In this document: positions 41,139 through 51,014 of the stretch, one piece after another
How the letters are laid out: the number at the start of each line of letters is the position of its first letter
Numbering within the stretch: the first letter of the stretch is position 1
Assembly (NCBI GenBank): GCA_902585605.1
Contig: CACIED010000004.1
Span: 1,637 to 65,636, forward strand
Reading direction: 5' to 3'
Origin: an uncultured Alphaproteobacteria bacterium
GTDB taxonomy: Bacteria; Pseudomonadota; Alphaproteobacteria; HIMB59; GCA-002718135
Length of the DNA: 64,000 nt
Position numbers and translations under genes: made by a program
Notes under the pieces: model-generated
What the model was told of the DNA's origin: nothing
Seen by the model: the letters and a program-made list of their open reading frames with translations, nothing else
The model's database searches: none

Positions 41139-42287
41139 ATGAAAAAAGTTAGTGATATTCATGCAATAAAAATTATTTTTTTTATAACCGCTTGTTATGT
41201 AGGTTTATGGGCTATTAGGATACCCACCATAAAGGATCAACTTCAAACAGATTATGTTGGTGTTGGATATATTATGTTATCATTTGCAATTGGTTCAATT
41301 TTTGCGATGATTTTTGCAAATGCTCTTATTCTGAAAACTTCTACAAAATCTATTTTAACATGTACCTTAATTGCCGAAGGTTGTTTGTGGTTGCCAGTAC
41401 CTTTCATTCAAGAGTTATGGCTTTTTATGATTTTCTCATTTGTTTTTGGTATGAGTTATGGTGCATTCGAAATAGCATGCAATGTTTATGCATCAAATTT
41501 AGAAGTTAGAGAAAAAAAATCAATGATGTCAGGGTTTCATGCATTTTGGAGTCTTGGAGTTTTATTTGGTTCTCTAATTACAAGCTTTTTGCTAGAGTGG
41601 AATTATTCTTTTATTTTTAATATACTTTTGTATGTCATTATTCTTCTTCCTCTGAGTTTGTATTTTGTACTTTGTTTAGAGTCACAAGTTGAAACAAAAC
41701 CACAAAACTCCAGTAAAAAAAATATATTTTTTATTTGGCCCTTACTTATTTTTTTATTAGCATTAATTGCAATGGCAAACGCTCTAACGGAAGGAAGTGT
41801 AGATGCATGGGGAGCTCTCTATATGAGAGATTTTATTCAAGTTGATGGTTTCTATATCGGCTTAGCAACTCTAAGTTTTAATATTTTTATGGTTATCGGA
41901 AGATTTAGTGGTGATTGGGTAAGAGATAAAATCGGAGTTTTTCTTTTGATTTTCTTTTTATTTTTATCGACGATTATAAGTTTAATAATTTTATCTAATT
42001 TCAGCAGTATTTATGCAGCTATTATTGGTTTTTCATTATTAGGTATCGGAGCATCCTCAATTGTTCCTATCGCATATAGTTTAGCTGGAAAAATTGAAGG
42101 AATTGATAGTGGAGTAGGGATAACAATCATTTCAATTGCAGTTTACGGAACATTTATAGGGGCTCCAGCTTCATTAGGATTTATTGCAAACAACTATGGA
42201 ATTAATAATATATTTGTTCCAATGCTAATAATTTTTATAATTTTAATAATTCCAGTAAGTTTTTATAGAAAAAAATTTTTAGTTTAA
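41139..42287 (+). CDS. MFS transporter (YbjJ-like)
   Basis: About 12 TM helices; SMMSGFHAFWSLG, VIGRFSGDW. Confidence 0.82.
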   Translation: MKKVSDIHAIKIIFFITACYVGLWAIRIPTIKDQLQTDYVGVGYIMLSFAIGSIFAMIFANALILKTSTKSILTCTLIAEGCLWLPVPFIQELWLFMIFSFVFGMSYGAFEIACNVYASNLEVREKKSMMSGFHAFWSLGVLFGSLITSFLLEWNYSFIFNILLYVIILLPLSLYFVLCLESQVETKPQNSSKKNIFFIWPLLIFLLALIAMANALTEGSVDAWGALYMRDFIQVDGFYIGLATLSFNIFMVIGRFSGDWVRDKIGVFLLIFFLFLSTIISLIILSNFSSIYAAIIGFSLLGIGASSIVPIAYSLAGKIEGIDSGVGITIISIAVYGTFIGAPASLGFIANNYGINNIFVPMLIIFIILIIPVSFYRKKFLV

Positions 42288-43109
42288 AAAATTAAAAGAT
42301 AATGAATCATTAATTACTAAATTTTGATCTTTATTTTTTATTTCATTAACAAAATTAATATTTAATGCTGCAAAAATATTTGAATTTGCTTTTGATACAA
42401 TTGTACCTATTTTTTTATTATCTACTATCAACTCATCTCCCACTAGCACATTTCCACGTTTTATTTTTAAAGCGTAAAGTTTTTTCTTGAGTAATCCACG
42501 GTATTTCATTCTTGCAGTAATTTCTTGACCCACATAGCATCCTTTATCCCAATCAATAGCATTTAAATTATCAAAATTATTTTCTAATAATAAAGATTTA
42601 TTTTCTAAAATATCAAATGGTGAATAGGGTGTTGTATTTTTAATTAAAATTTCATGATATTCTGTTTCATTAATTTCTTTCAATCTCTCTTTTTCAATTA
42701 ATATTTTTTTATTCGTTATAAGTTTTTTACCTAAGTTTATATTTCTAGGATCATTTAAATAAACATTATAATCGCCTTTATAATCTATATTAAATAATGA
42801 ATAAGAATTAAGATTATTAATTTCTTTAATTTCTATATCAGAGCGAAGTTTATAAATCTTTAATCGTGATAATAAATTATTAAAAAATTTATCATTAGTT
42901 TCAAAAATATAGTTTCCATTTATATTGAATATAAAAAAATCTGCTAAAAATTTACCCTGAGGTGTTAATAGACATGAATAAATAATTGATCCATCGTTAC
43001 ACTTTTGAATGTCATTAGTAATTAAATTTTGAATAAATGATTTACTATCTTTTCCAGAAATCTCAAAAAATCTTGAATTCAGATGCTGAAAAAAGTATTT
43101 ATTTTTCAT
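42279..43109 (-). CDS. ygfZ: YgfZ folate-binding Fe-S/tRNA-modification protein
   Basis: LLTPQGKF, KGCYVGQEITAR. Confidence 0.93.
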   Translation of the reverse strand: MKNKYFFQHLNSRFFEISGKDSKSFIQNLITNDIQKCNDGSIIYSCLLTPQGKFLADFFIFNINGNYIFETNDKFFNNLLSRLKIYKLRSDIEIKEINNLNSYSLFNIDYKGDYNVYLNDPRNINLGKKLITNKKILIEKERLKEINETEYHEILIKNTTPYSPFDILENKSLLLENNFDNLNAIDWDKGCYVGQEITARMKYRGLLKKKLYALKIKRGNVLVGDELIVDNKKIGTIVSKANSNIFAALNINFVNEIKNKDQNLVINDSLSFNFLN

Positions 43110-43154
43110 AATTATCTAAATATATATTGAATATATTAAAAGTGTAATATTTCT

Positions 43155-44078
43155 GTGAAAATTCTTGTTATTTCGTCAAATCTTATTGGAGATACAATTC
43201 TATCAACTGGAGTAATAAATTATTTTAGTAATAAATATCCTGAAACTAAATTTACATTTGTAATTGGTCCATCTGCTAAATCAATTTTCAAAAACTTTAA
43301 ATCTGTAGAAAACATAATCACTGTTTCAAAAAAAAAATACAATATGCATTGGCTAGATATAATTTCTAATTGTTATGGAAAGAAATGGGATATAATTATT
43401 GATTTTAGAAGTTCGTTGTTATCATATTTTTTAAAACATAAGCAAAAATTTATTTTTAAAAAAAAATCTAATCTAAACCATGTACAGCAATTATCTAATT
43501 ACTTTAAATTTGATTGTTCAGATTTGTTTATTGAGACAAATACAGAAGAAGAAGAAATAGTTACAAAACATTTGTCCGATGATTTTAAATATTTTGTTAT
43601 ATTTCCAGGTGGAAATTGGAAACCAAAAATTTGGAGTATTAAAAATTATAATTCACTATTAATCAAAATTTTATCTCAAAATAAAAATATTAAATTTATT
43701 TTAGTTGGTTCAAAGTCAGAAGCAGAACATTATTTAAATGAAATAACAAAAAATATTGATAGTAATAAGATAATTAATTTATTTGGTGCATCATTGACTC
43801 AAACTGCTGCTTATATGAAGAAATCTAAATTATTTATTGGAAATGATTCAGGATTATCACATATGGCTTCAGCCACAAAATTAAAGTCTATAGTACTATT
43901 TGGGCCAACAAATGATGTGATTTACGGTCCGTTTATGAAAGATTCACAAGTTATAAGAACAAATGAAAGCTATGACTATTTTAAAAGTATAAATATTGAT
44001 AAAACAAAGTCCTATATGGACTCTATAAGCGTAGAAAAGATTTATTCTACATTACAAAAAAATAATTATTGTGAATAA
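43155..44078 (+). CDS. Glycosyltransferase family 9
   Basis: IGDTILS, FIGNDSGLSHMA, LFGPT. Confidence 0.88.
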   Translation: MKILVISSNLIGDTILSTGVINYFSNKYPETKFTFVIGPSAKSIFKNFKSVENIITVSKKKYNMHWLDIISNCYGKKWDIIIDFRSSLLSYFLKHKQKFIFKKKSNLNHVQQLSNYFKFDCSDLFIETNTEEEEIVTKHLSDDFKYFVIFPGGNWKPKIWSIKNYNSLLIKILSQNKNIKFILVGSKSEAEHYLNEITKNIDSNKIINLFGASLTQTAAYMKKSKLFIGNDSGLSHMASATKLKSIVLFGPTNDVIYGPFMKDSQVIRTNESYDYFKSINIDKTKSYMDSISVEKIYSTLQKNNYCE

Positions 44079-45105
44079 AAATATTGAAATAATTCAGCCT
44101 GATGATTGGCATGTACATTTTAGAGAAGGTGACATGTTAGAAATGGTTACCGATTTCTCCTCAAGAATAAATAACAGATGTGTGGCAATGCCAAATACAG
44201 AAATTCCCATAACAGATACTAATAAAGCCACCGTTTATAAAAAACTTTTAAATAAAGCATCTAGTAATAATTTTGAACCACTTATACCTTGTTATTTAAA
44301 TGAAAATTTAGATCTAGAAGATTTTAGAAAAGGTATTCAAAATAAAGTTTTCTTTGGATCTAAACTTTATCCCTCAAATGCAACTACAAACTCAAGTCAT
44401 GGAGTAAACGACGTTTCAAAAATTTTTAAATTTTTGGAGATTTTAGAAGAAGAAAAAAGCCCATTACTAATACACGGTGAAAAAGTTGCTGAGAATATTG
44501 ATATTTTTGATAGAGAAAAATACTTTATAGATGATGAATTAAGCATTATTAGAAAAAAATTTCCTCTTTTAAAAATTACTCTAGAGCATGTATCAACTTC
44601 ATATGGAGTAAACTATGTAAAAGAAAATCAAAATATCGCAGGAACAATTACACCACACCATATGCTTTTAACAAAAAAAGATGTATTTCATGAAGATTCT
44701 ATTAATCCCCATCATTTTTGTATGCCAGTCGTCAAAAACGAAACAGATTTAATAGAATTAAGAAAAGCAGCATGTCACAATAATTCTAAATTTTTTTTAG
44801 GTACTGATTCAGCTCCACATCCAATTCAAGAAAAAAAACCAGATATGTCATCTAAACCAGGAATATTTTCCTCTCCTTGCTCACTAGAATTATATGCAGA
44901 AATTTTTGATCAAGAAAATGCAATTGATAAGTTAGAGATATTTTGTTCAATTAATGGTGCAAAACATTACAATTTTCCAATCAATGATAAAAAAATTAAA
45001 TTAGAAAAAGAGGAATGGATTATGACAGAATTATCTAGTTATAAAGATGTTCAGGTTAAGAATTTTTATGCTAATAAAAAAATTAATTGGAAAGTAGTTC
45101 ATTAA
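44071..45105 (+). CDS. pyrC: Dihydroorotase
   Basis: PDDWHVHFR, KLYPSNATTNS, LIHGE, EHVST, FLGTDSAPH. Confidence 0.95.
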   Translation: MNKNIEIIQPDDWHVHFREGDMLEMVTDFSSRINNRCVAMPNTEIPITDTNKATVYKKLLNKASSNNFEPLIPCYLNENLDLEDFRKGIQNKVFFGSKLYPSNATTNSSHGVNDVSKIFKFLEILEEEKSPLLIHGEKVAENIDIFDREKYFIDDELSIIRKKFPLLKITLEHVSTSYGVNYVKENQNIAGTITPHHMLLTKKDVFHEDSINPHHFCMPVVKNETDLIELRKAACHNNSKFFLGTDSAPHPIQEKKPDMSSKPGIFSSPCSLELYAEIFDQENAIDKLEIFCSINGAKHYNFPINDKKIKLEKEEWIMTELSSYKDVQVKNFYANKKINWKVVH

Positions 45106-45122
45106 TCTTTATAGAAATATTA

Positions 45123-45479
45123 ATGTCATTAGGAACAAAAATTTATACTTGGCTTAAGGGAAACTTAGTTGGTAGTGATGAATTAGGAAATAAATACTAC
45201 TGCAGTTCTAAAAATTTTAAAAATTTAAAAGCAAAAAGATGGGTAATTTTTAATGGTGAAATAGAAGCATCAAATATTCCACCGCACTGGCATGCTTGGC
45301 TTCACAAATCGATTGATAAGCCTCCACTTGACTATTCACATAAATATAAATGGCAAAAAAATCATAAACCAAATATGACTGGTACTAGTGATGCATATTT
45401 CCCATCATCTCATCCTCTTTCAAAAAATTATGACCCAGAAAAAAAAGAAGAAGAATATAAATCTTGGACTCCTAATTAG
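45123..45479 (+). CDS. NADH:ubiquinone oxidoreductase accessory subunit (NDUFA12 family)
   Basis: VGSDELGNKYY, RWV, EASNIPPHWHAWLH, PNMTGT. Start placed at ATG 45123. Confidence 0.9.
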   Translation: MSLGTKIYTWLKGNLVGSDELGNKYYCSSKNFKNLKAKRWVIFNGEIEASNIPPHWHAWLHKSIDKPPLDYSHKYKWQKNHKPNMTGTSDAYFPSSHPLSKNYDPEKKEEEYKSWTPN

Positions 45480-45834
45480 AGTAACAATTTTTTTTTTCCT
45501 ACCACTAACTGTTTCTGCTGAGACTATTAAAAAAAAATATGCTTCTTTTAAGTTATTAAATAAAACTACTAATAAAGTTTCTACAAAAGATATTTTGGTA
45601 AGTTCTAAAATATCATGGGAAACTTTAAATATTGAAGTTTTGTATTGCGGTAGTACTCCTCCAACTGAAATTCCTGAAGATTATGTTTTGATAGATGTCT
45701 ACGATACTATCAATAATGAAAATATTAATATTTATAAAGGCTGGATGATTTCTTCTTCTCCTGATGTTACTCCATTAGAAAATCCTATTTATGATCTTTG
45801 GTTAGTTGATTGTAGTAATGATAAGACTTCTTGA
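45430..45834 (+). CDS. DUF2155 family protein
   Basis: Signal-like N-terminus, LLNKTTNK, GWMISSSP, ENPIYDLWLVDC. Start uncertain. Confidence 0.8.
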   Translation: MTQKKKKKNINLGLLIRVTIFFFLPLTVSAETIKKKYASFKLLNKTTNKVSTKDILVSSKISWETLNIEVLYCGSTPPTEIPEDYVLIDVYDTINNENINIYKGWMISSSPDVTPLENPIYDLWLVDCSNDKTS

Positions 45835-46442
45835 AAATTATTAACTTCCTTAAAATAATTTTCAATCTCTAAACTTTCTTTTAGTTTATTTTCATAAATT
45901 TCAGTTTCTATTTCATACGCCCCAAACTGAACTAAATGAGGATTGAAAAACTGTGAATCTAAAATAGAAAAATTATTTTTTTTCAATATTGCCAATAAAT
46001 AAAGTAGACAAAATTTACTTGTATTGGTCTTTAAACTAAACATGCTTTCACCAAAAAAACATGATCCTATATGTAAACCATATAAACCACCAATTAGATT
46101 ATCATCTTCATAACATTCTACACTGTGACATTTACCTATTTTATGTAATTCAATAAATGTATCTAAAATAATTTTATTAATCCAAGTATCTTGATCTTTT
46201 CTTTTAATTTCTTTGCATAACGTAATAACTTTTGCAAAATTTTGATTAATTTTAAAACTATATTTTGTTTTTTTAAACTCACTAAAAAGTTTCTTTGGAT
46301 AATGAAAATTTGAAATTGGAATGATAAATCTTAATTTGGGTTTATAAAATTTTATTTCTTCAGAATACTTACTATCAGCCATCGGAAAGTAAGCTTTTTT
46401 ATAAAATTCTATTAAGCTGTTTAAATCAATTATTTTACTCAA
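45789..46442 (-). CDS. aat: Leucyl/phenylalanyl-tRNA--protein transferase
   Basis: YFPMA, TWIN, HSVEC, GGLYG, FFGESMFS. Confidence 0.93.
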   Translation of the reverse strand: MSKIIDLNSLIEFYKKAYFPMADSKYSEEIKFYKPKLRFIIPISNFHYPKKLFSEFKKTKYSFKINQNFAKVITLCKEIKRKDQDTWINKIILDTFIELHKIGKCHSVECYEDDNLIGGLYGLHIGSCFFGESMFSLKTNTSKFCLLYLLAILKKNNFSILDSQFFNPHLVQFGAYEIETEIYENKLKESLEIENYFKEVNNFQEVLSLLQSTNQRS

Positions 46443-47766
46443 TTAAATTTGACATAAAATTAATGTTGTAACTTCCTCTTTTAAACTCATCAGTTTGAAT
46501 AATTTTTTGATGTAGTTGAATATTAGTATTTATTCCCATAATTACATATTCTTCTAGAGCTCTATTCATTTTATTTAGAGCTTCTGATCTTGTTGCACCG
46601 TAGGTAATTAGCTTCCCAATCATACTATCATAGTGGGATGGAATTGAGTATCCATCGTAAACAGCTGAGTCAACTCGAATACCTAGTCCTCCAGGTTGAT
46701 GATATTGTGTTATCTTACCAGGTGACGGTATAAAACTCTCTGGATGTTCGGCATTAATTCGACACTCAATTGAGTTACCTTTTAATTTTATATCTTCTTG
46801 TTTTATCGATAGTTTTTCACCATTCGCGACAAGAATTTGTTCTTTAACAAGGTCAATGCCAGTAACCATTTCTGTAACTGGGTGCTCAACTTGTAATCGT
46901 GTATTCATTTCCATAAAATAAAATTCATTATTTTCATATAAAAATTCTAATGTTCCAACACCTTCATATCCGATTTCTTTCATAGATTTTCTACAAAGAT
47001 CAGAAATTTTTTCTCTATTTTCATTTGTTAGAACTGAACTTGGACTTTCTTCAATAAGTTTTTGATGCTTCCTTTGAATTGAGCAATCTCTTTCTCCAAG
47101 AGTAACAACATTTCCAAATGAATCACAAAGAACTTGAATTTCAATATGTTTAGGAGATGTTAAAAATTTTTCTAAATAAACATTTTCATCATTAAATGAT
47201 TTTTTTGCTTCAATTTTTGCTTCATTTATAGCTTTATTTAAATCATCTTCTTCTGTAACAATTCTCATACCTTTTCCACCACCACCACTCGCTGCTTTTA
47301 CTATAATTGGGTATTTTACTTTTTTTATAAAATCTTCAATTTTATTTTTATCGCTTAAGTCATTTATACCTTTTACTGTTGGCACCCCAGTTTGATCCAT
47401 TATTTTTTTCGCGTCAATTTTGTTACCCATCATTTTGATATGTTCCGATTTAGGCCCAATAAACTTAATATTGTGTTCTTCAATAATTTCGGCAAACCTT
47501 TGATTTTCACTTAAAAAACCATATCCAGGATGAATGGCATCTACATCAGTTAATGTTGCAGCAGTTATAATTGCAGGTATGTTTAAATAACTAGATTGTG
47601 CAGAGGCTGGTCCAACGCAAATACTTTCATCTGCCATTCTTACATGCATTGCATTTTCATCAACATCAGAGTGAATGGCTACAGTTTTTATTCCCAGTTC
47701 TCTGCAGGCTCTAAGAACACGTAAAGCAATTTCGCCTCTATTAGCAATCAGTATTTTTTTGAACAT
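46435..47766 (-). CDS. accC: Acetyl-CoA carboxylase biotin carboxylase
   Basis: IANRGEIA, HPGYGFLSEN, GGGGKGM, MNTRLQVEHPVTE. Confidence 0.96.
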   Translation of the reverse strand: MFKKILIANRGEIALRVLRACRELGIKTVAIHSDVDENAMHVRMADESICVGPASAQSSYLNIPAIITAATLTDVDAIHPGYGFLSENQRFAEIIEEHNIKFIGPKSEHIKMMGNKIDAKKIMDQTGVPTVKGINDLSDKNKIEDFIKKVKYPIIVKAASGGGGKGMRIVTEEDDLNKAINEAKIEAKKSFNDENVYLEKFLTSPKHIEIQVLCDSFGNVVTLGERDCSIQRKHQKLIEESPSSVLTNENREKISDLCRKSMKEIGYEGVGTLEFLYENNEFYFMEMNTRLQVEHPVTEMVTGIDLVKEQILVANGEKLSIKQEDIKLKGNSIECRINAEHPESFIPSPGKITQYHQPGGLGIRVDSAVYDGYSIPSHYDSMIGKLITYGATRSEALNKMNRALEEYVIMGINTNIQLHQKIIQTDEFKRGSYNINFMSNLIE

Positions 47767-48212
47767 TATTCAAAAATTATAAGAGTATCACCATATTCAA
47801 CGGGCTGGCTATTCAATGTAACTATTTTTTTGATAATACCAGATCTAGGAGCTTTGATTTCATTAAAGGTTTTCATTGCTTCAATTAACAATAAAGTATC
47901 ACCGGCTTTAACATGTTGACCAACTTTTACATAAGGTTGCGAATTTGGATCAGCAGAAAGATAAGCAACTCCTACCATAGGAGACTTAACAATATTATCT
48001 TCGTTTACAACATCATTTGTATTTTCAACATCTTTAACTTCAGTATTTTTTTCTATTTTTTGAACGGAAACATTGTTTTCAACAAAGTTATTTGAGGTAA
48101 TCTCAATTTCATAATCATTTTTTTTTATTTTTATTTTAGTAACACTATTAATTTTGGATTCTTTAACGATTAACTTAATATTCTCCAAATCTGTTTTATC
48201 TATTTTAGTCAT
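47766..48212 (-). CDS. accB: Biotin carboxyl carrier protein
   Basis: KSPMVG, IEAMKTFNEI. Confidence 0.93.
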   Translation of the reverse strand: MTKIDKTDLENIKLIVKESKINSVTKIKIKKNDYEIEITSNNFVENNVSVQKIEKNTEVKDVENTNDVVNEDNIVKSPMVGVAYLSADPNSQPYVKVGQHVKAGDTLLLIEAMKTFNEIKAPRSGIIKKIVTLNSQPVEYGDTLIIFE

Positions 48213-48214
48213 AC

Positions 48215-48652
48215 TTATTTATAAATTAATTTGTGTATTGCTTCAATTCCTAGAAGATAACTATTTCCACCAAATCCACAAATTAAACCATGCACTCCTT
48301 CAGAAGTAATACTTTTTTTTCTATACTCTTCTCTTGAATAAATATTTGAAAGATGAATTTCTATCTTGGGCTTATTTATTGCTCTTAATGAATCTAGAAT
48401 TGCTATGGATGAATGAGTAAATGCTGCTGGATTAATAATTAGACCATCAAATTTATCTTTTACTTCATGAATTTTATCAATTATTTCGCCTTCATTATTA
48501 GATTGGAAAAAAATAATTTCTAATTTTTTCTCTATACCTTTTTTTTCACAATTAGATTTAATTTTATCTAAACTGTCTTTACCATAAATATCATCTTCTC
48601 TATTACCTAATAGATTTAGGTTAGGGCCATTAATAATTAATATTTTTTTCAT
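48215..48652 (-). CDS. aroQ: Type II 3-dehydroquinate dehydratase
   Basis: INGPNLNLLG, QSNNEG, NPAAFTHSS, EIHLSN. Confidence 0.95.
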   Translation of the reverse strand: MKKILIINGPNLNLLGNREDDIYGKDSLDKIKSNCEKKGIEKKLEIIFFQSNNEGEIIDKIHEVKDKFDGLIINPAAFTHSSIAILDSLRAINKPKIEIHLSNIYSREEYRKKSITSEGVHGLICGFGGNSYLLGIEAIHKLIYK

Positions 48653-48653
48653 T

Positions 48654-49712
48654 CTATTTAAAATGCTTACTTAATTTTAAACCTTGATTTTGATAATTTG
48701 ATTTAATATCTTTTCCGTATACAATATTACTATTTTTGTTCAACTTTTCATATTTAATTCTAGCTATAGTTTGACCATCTTCTAATAAAAAAGGGACTTC
48801 ATTTGTTTTTACTTCCAAAACAGCATATGATCCTTTACCAAGACCAAAACCAGGATCAAAAAAACCTGCATAATGTGCTCTGAAGTCTCCAATCCCTGTA
48901 TCATATGGTATCATTTCTCCAGCTAAATTTGATGGTATCACAACCTTCTCTTTTGATCTCAAAATATAAAACTTGTTTTTTTCAATTACTAATTTTTTTT
49001 TGTTTTTTCTAATTACATTCCAAAAATCATTTATTTTATGAGATTTAATTTTAGAAAAATTAAGAACTGGAGTATGTTTTTTGGCTACGTAAGCTACTAT
49101 ATTTGACCCAGCTAGATCAACTGATAACTTTAATCCGTTATCAATTTTAATATTGTCTCTAGTTAGATTTGAAATTTTTTGTTTTTTATTCAGGTTAATT
49201 AGTTGTTTATCAGTCAAATAATTATGATTTTTATTTACAAGTCTCAATTGATTTAAAGAATTATTTTTTTTAAAAGATACATCAAATGATCTTGATGTTA
49301 TTTCTAAAAATATCTCACCTTTATAATTTTTAGGAATTTTTTCGTATTCTTCTGCATAATCAACAAGTGTTCTGCAAAAAATATCTAATCTTCCAGTGCT
49401 GCTTTTAGGGTTGCAGTGACCAAATATATTATTTTTTAAGTTAAGACTTTCATTAAGTTTAACAATGTAAGTCTTGTTTTTTTTAAATATAAATTCTTTA
49501 CTTAGATTTATTTTTTTAATAGCTAAATCTTTTAATTTATCTCTAACTTTTGAATTATAGGATAAGAAGCTATTCTTAATTTCATAGCATTCCTCACTTA
49601 ATGACAAGTCCATGCTTGATGGTTGTATTTGGTTATTTCTTATATTTTTGGTTATAACGAAATTTTTATTAACTAAATTTATGTAATCTTGATATACTAG
49701 AGAACCGTTCAT
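48654..49712 (-). CDS. dcd: dCTP deaminase (alphaproteobacterial long type)
   Basis: IQPSSMDL, NPKSSTGRLDIF, FRAHYAGFFDPGFG, NYQNQGLKLSKHF. Confidence 0.88.
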   Translation of the reverse strand: MNGSLVYQDYINLVNKNFVITKNIRNNQIQPSSMDLSLSEECYEIKNSFLSYNSKVRDKLKDLAIKKINLSKEFIFKKNKTYIVKLNESLNLKNNIFGHCNPKSSTGRLDIFCRTLVDYAEEYEKIPKNYKGEIFLEITSRSFDVSFKKNNSLNQLRLVNKNHNYLTDKQLINLNKKQKISNLTRDNIKIDNGLKLSVDLAGSNIVAYVAKKHTPVLNFSKIKSHKINDFWNVIRKNKKKLVIEKNKFYILRSKEKVVIPSNLAGEMIPYDTGIGDFRAHYAGFFDPGFGLGKGSYAVLEVKTNEVPFLLEDGQTIARIKYEKLNKNSNIVYGKDIKSNYQNQGLKLSKHFK

Positions 49713-51014
49713 TAATTTACATTCTGAATTATATTAATAAGTTTTAATAAATCACTATCTTTAGTACTTTTAAAATTTTTTATTTCAATATCAAAAACTT
49801 CTTTTTCAATATCATTAATTGATAAAAGAAAATTAAAGAATTGTAACCATTCTTTTTTATTTAATTTTTTTACTAGTTCAAAATATTTAAAGAGAACATT
49901 TTTATTATTATAAAATTTATATAAAAGATCTTTATTACTATCAAAAATTATCTCTGTATCACTATTAGATAAATTTTTTATTTCTAAATTTTCAAAGATT
50001 CTAATTTGAGAATAATAATTTGTAGGATATTTTTCTAAATTTTTTTTATAAAATTTTTTAGCTTCTTTAGTATATCCATAAGAGAATAATATATCTGCTT
50101 TAGTTTCTAGAAGAAAATTATTTTTACTCATTTTAATTATTTCATTTAAATTTTGTAAGGATTTTTGTAGATTTCCACTTTTAGCTAATTTAATTGATTC
50201 TGCATAAGTTTTAAAAGGTTCATTTAATTCACTTAACCTTTCCTCATTATCACTATAACCTATAAATTTTGCTCTAATGTAGTTAAATCTTTGATTGTAA
50301 CTTTCATTAAAATTTTTTTCTTTATTTTTTTCGAAATTTTTTATTAATAAAATTCTATCCTCAAAATATGGATGTGTACTAACTCTTTGTTTATCTTTTG
50401 AAAAACCTTGATTTAATAATTTTTGTTCTATTGTTTCTAATAATGTTTGAATGGATTTAGAATTTGTTTTTAGTAAATTTAGTGTTTTTAAAGCATATAA
50501 ATCTGCTTCCATTTCTTGATCTTTACTAAGAACAATATATTGATTTGATAAAGTAGCTGAAGTCAGAATACTGCCTTGTAACAATTGAGGGTTTTGAGTT
50601 AATGCTGATCCAGCTATTACAGATAAAAGTCCTAAGGTATTATATTTTTTAGTATTTTCTATTTTTTTTTTTTCTAAGTGTAATATGATTGAGATCTATA
50701 TGTCCAACTTCATGAGCTAATACTGACAATAAAGCAACATAATCTGAGCAATGAACAATTAAACCAGAATTAATATGTATTATATTATTAATATCTACAA
50801 ATGCATTTATTTCATCACTATTATTTAATTTAAAATTAATTTTTTTATTTATTTTATTTACTTCAGTAATATCTTTAATAATTTCTTTTACAAATTCTTC
50901 TGTTTCATAATCTAATATTTGTGAACTATAACTAATGTTTGAAGAAAAAATAAAAAATAACAAATAAATTAATATTTTTTTAAGACCACCATCCAGTTTT
51001 TTCTTCATCTTCAT
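49712..51014 (-). pseudogene. M48 metalloprotease with TPR-like C-terminus (BepA-like), split by a +1 frameshift at an A12 run (real or sequencing artefact)
   Basis: 5' ORF 51014..50649 has INAF and AHEVGH (HEXXH). 3' ORF 50584..49712 has QEMEAD and STHP. Removing one A from the run at 50662-50673 fuses them. Confidence 0.8.
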
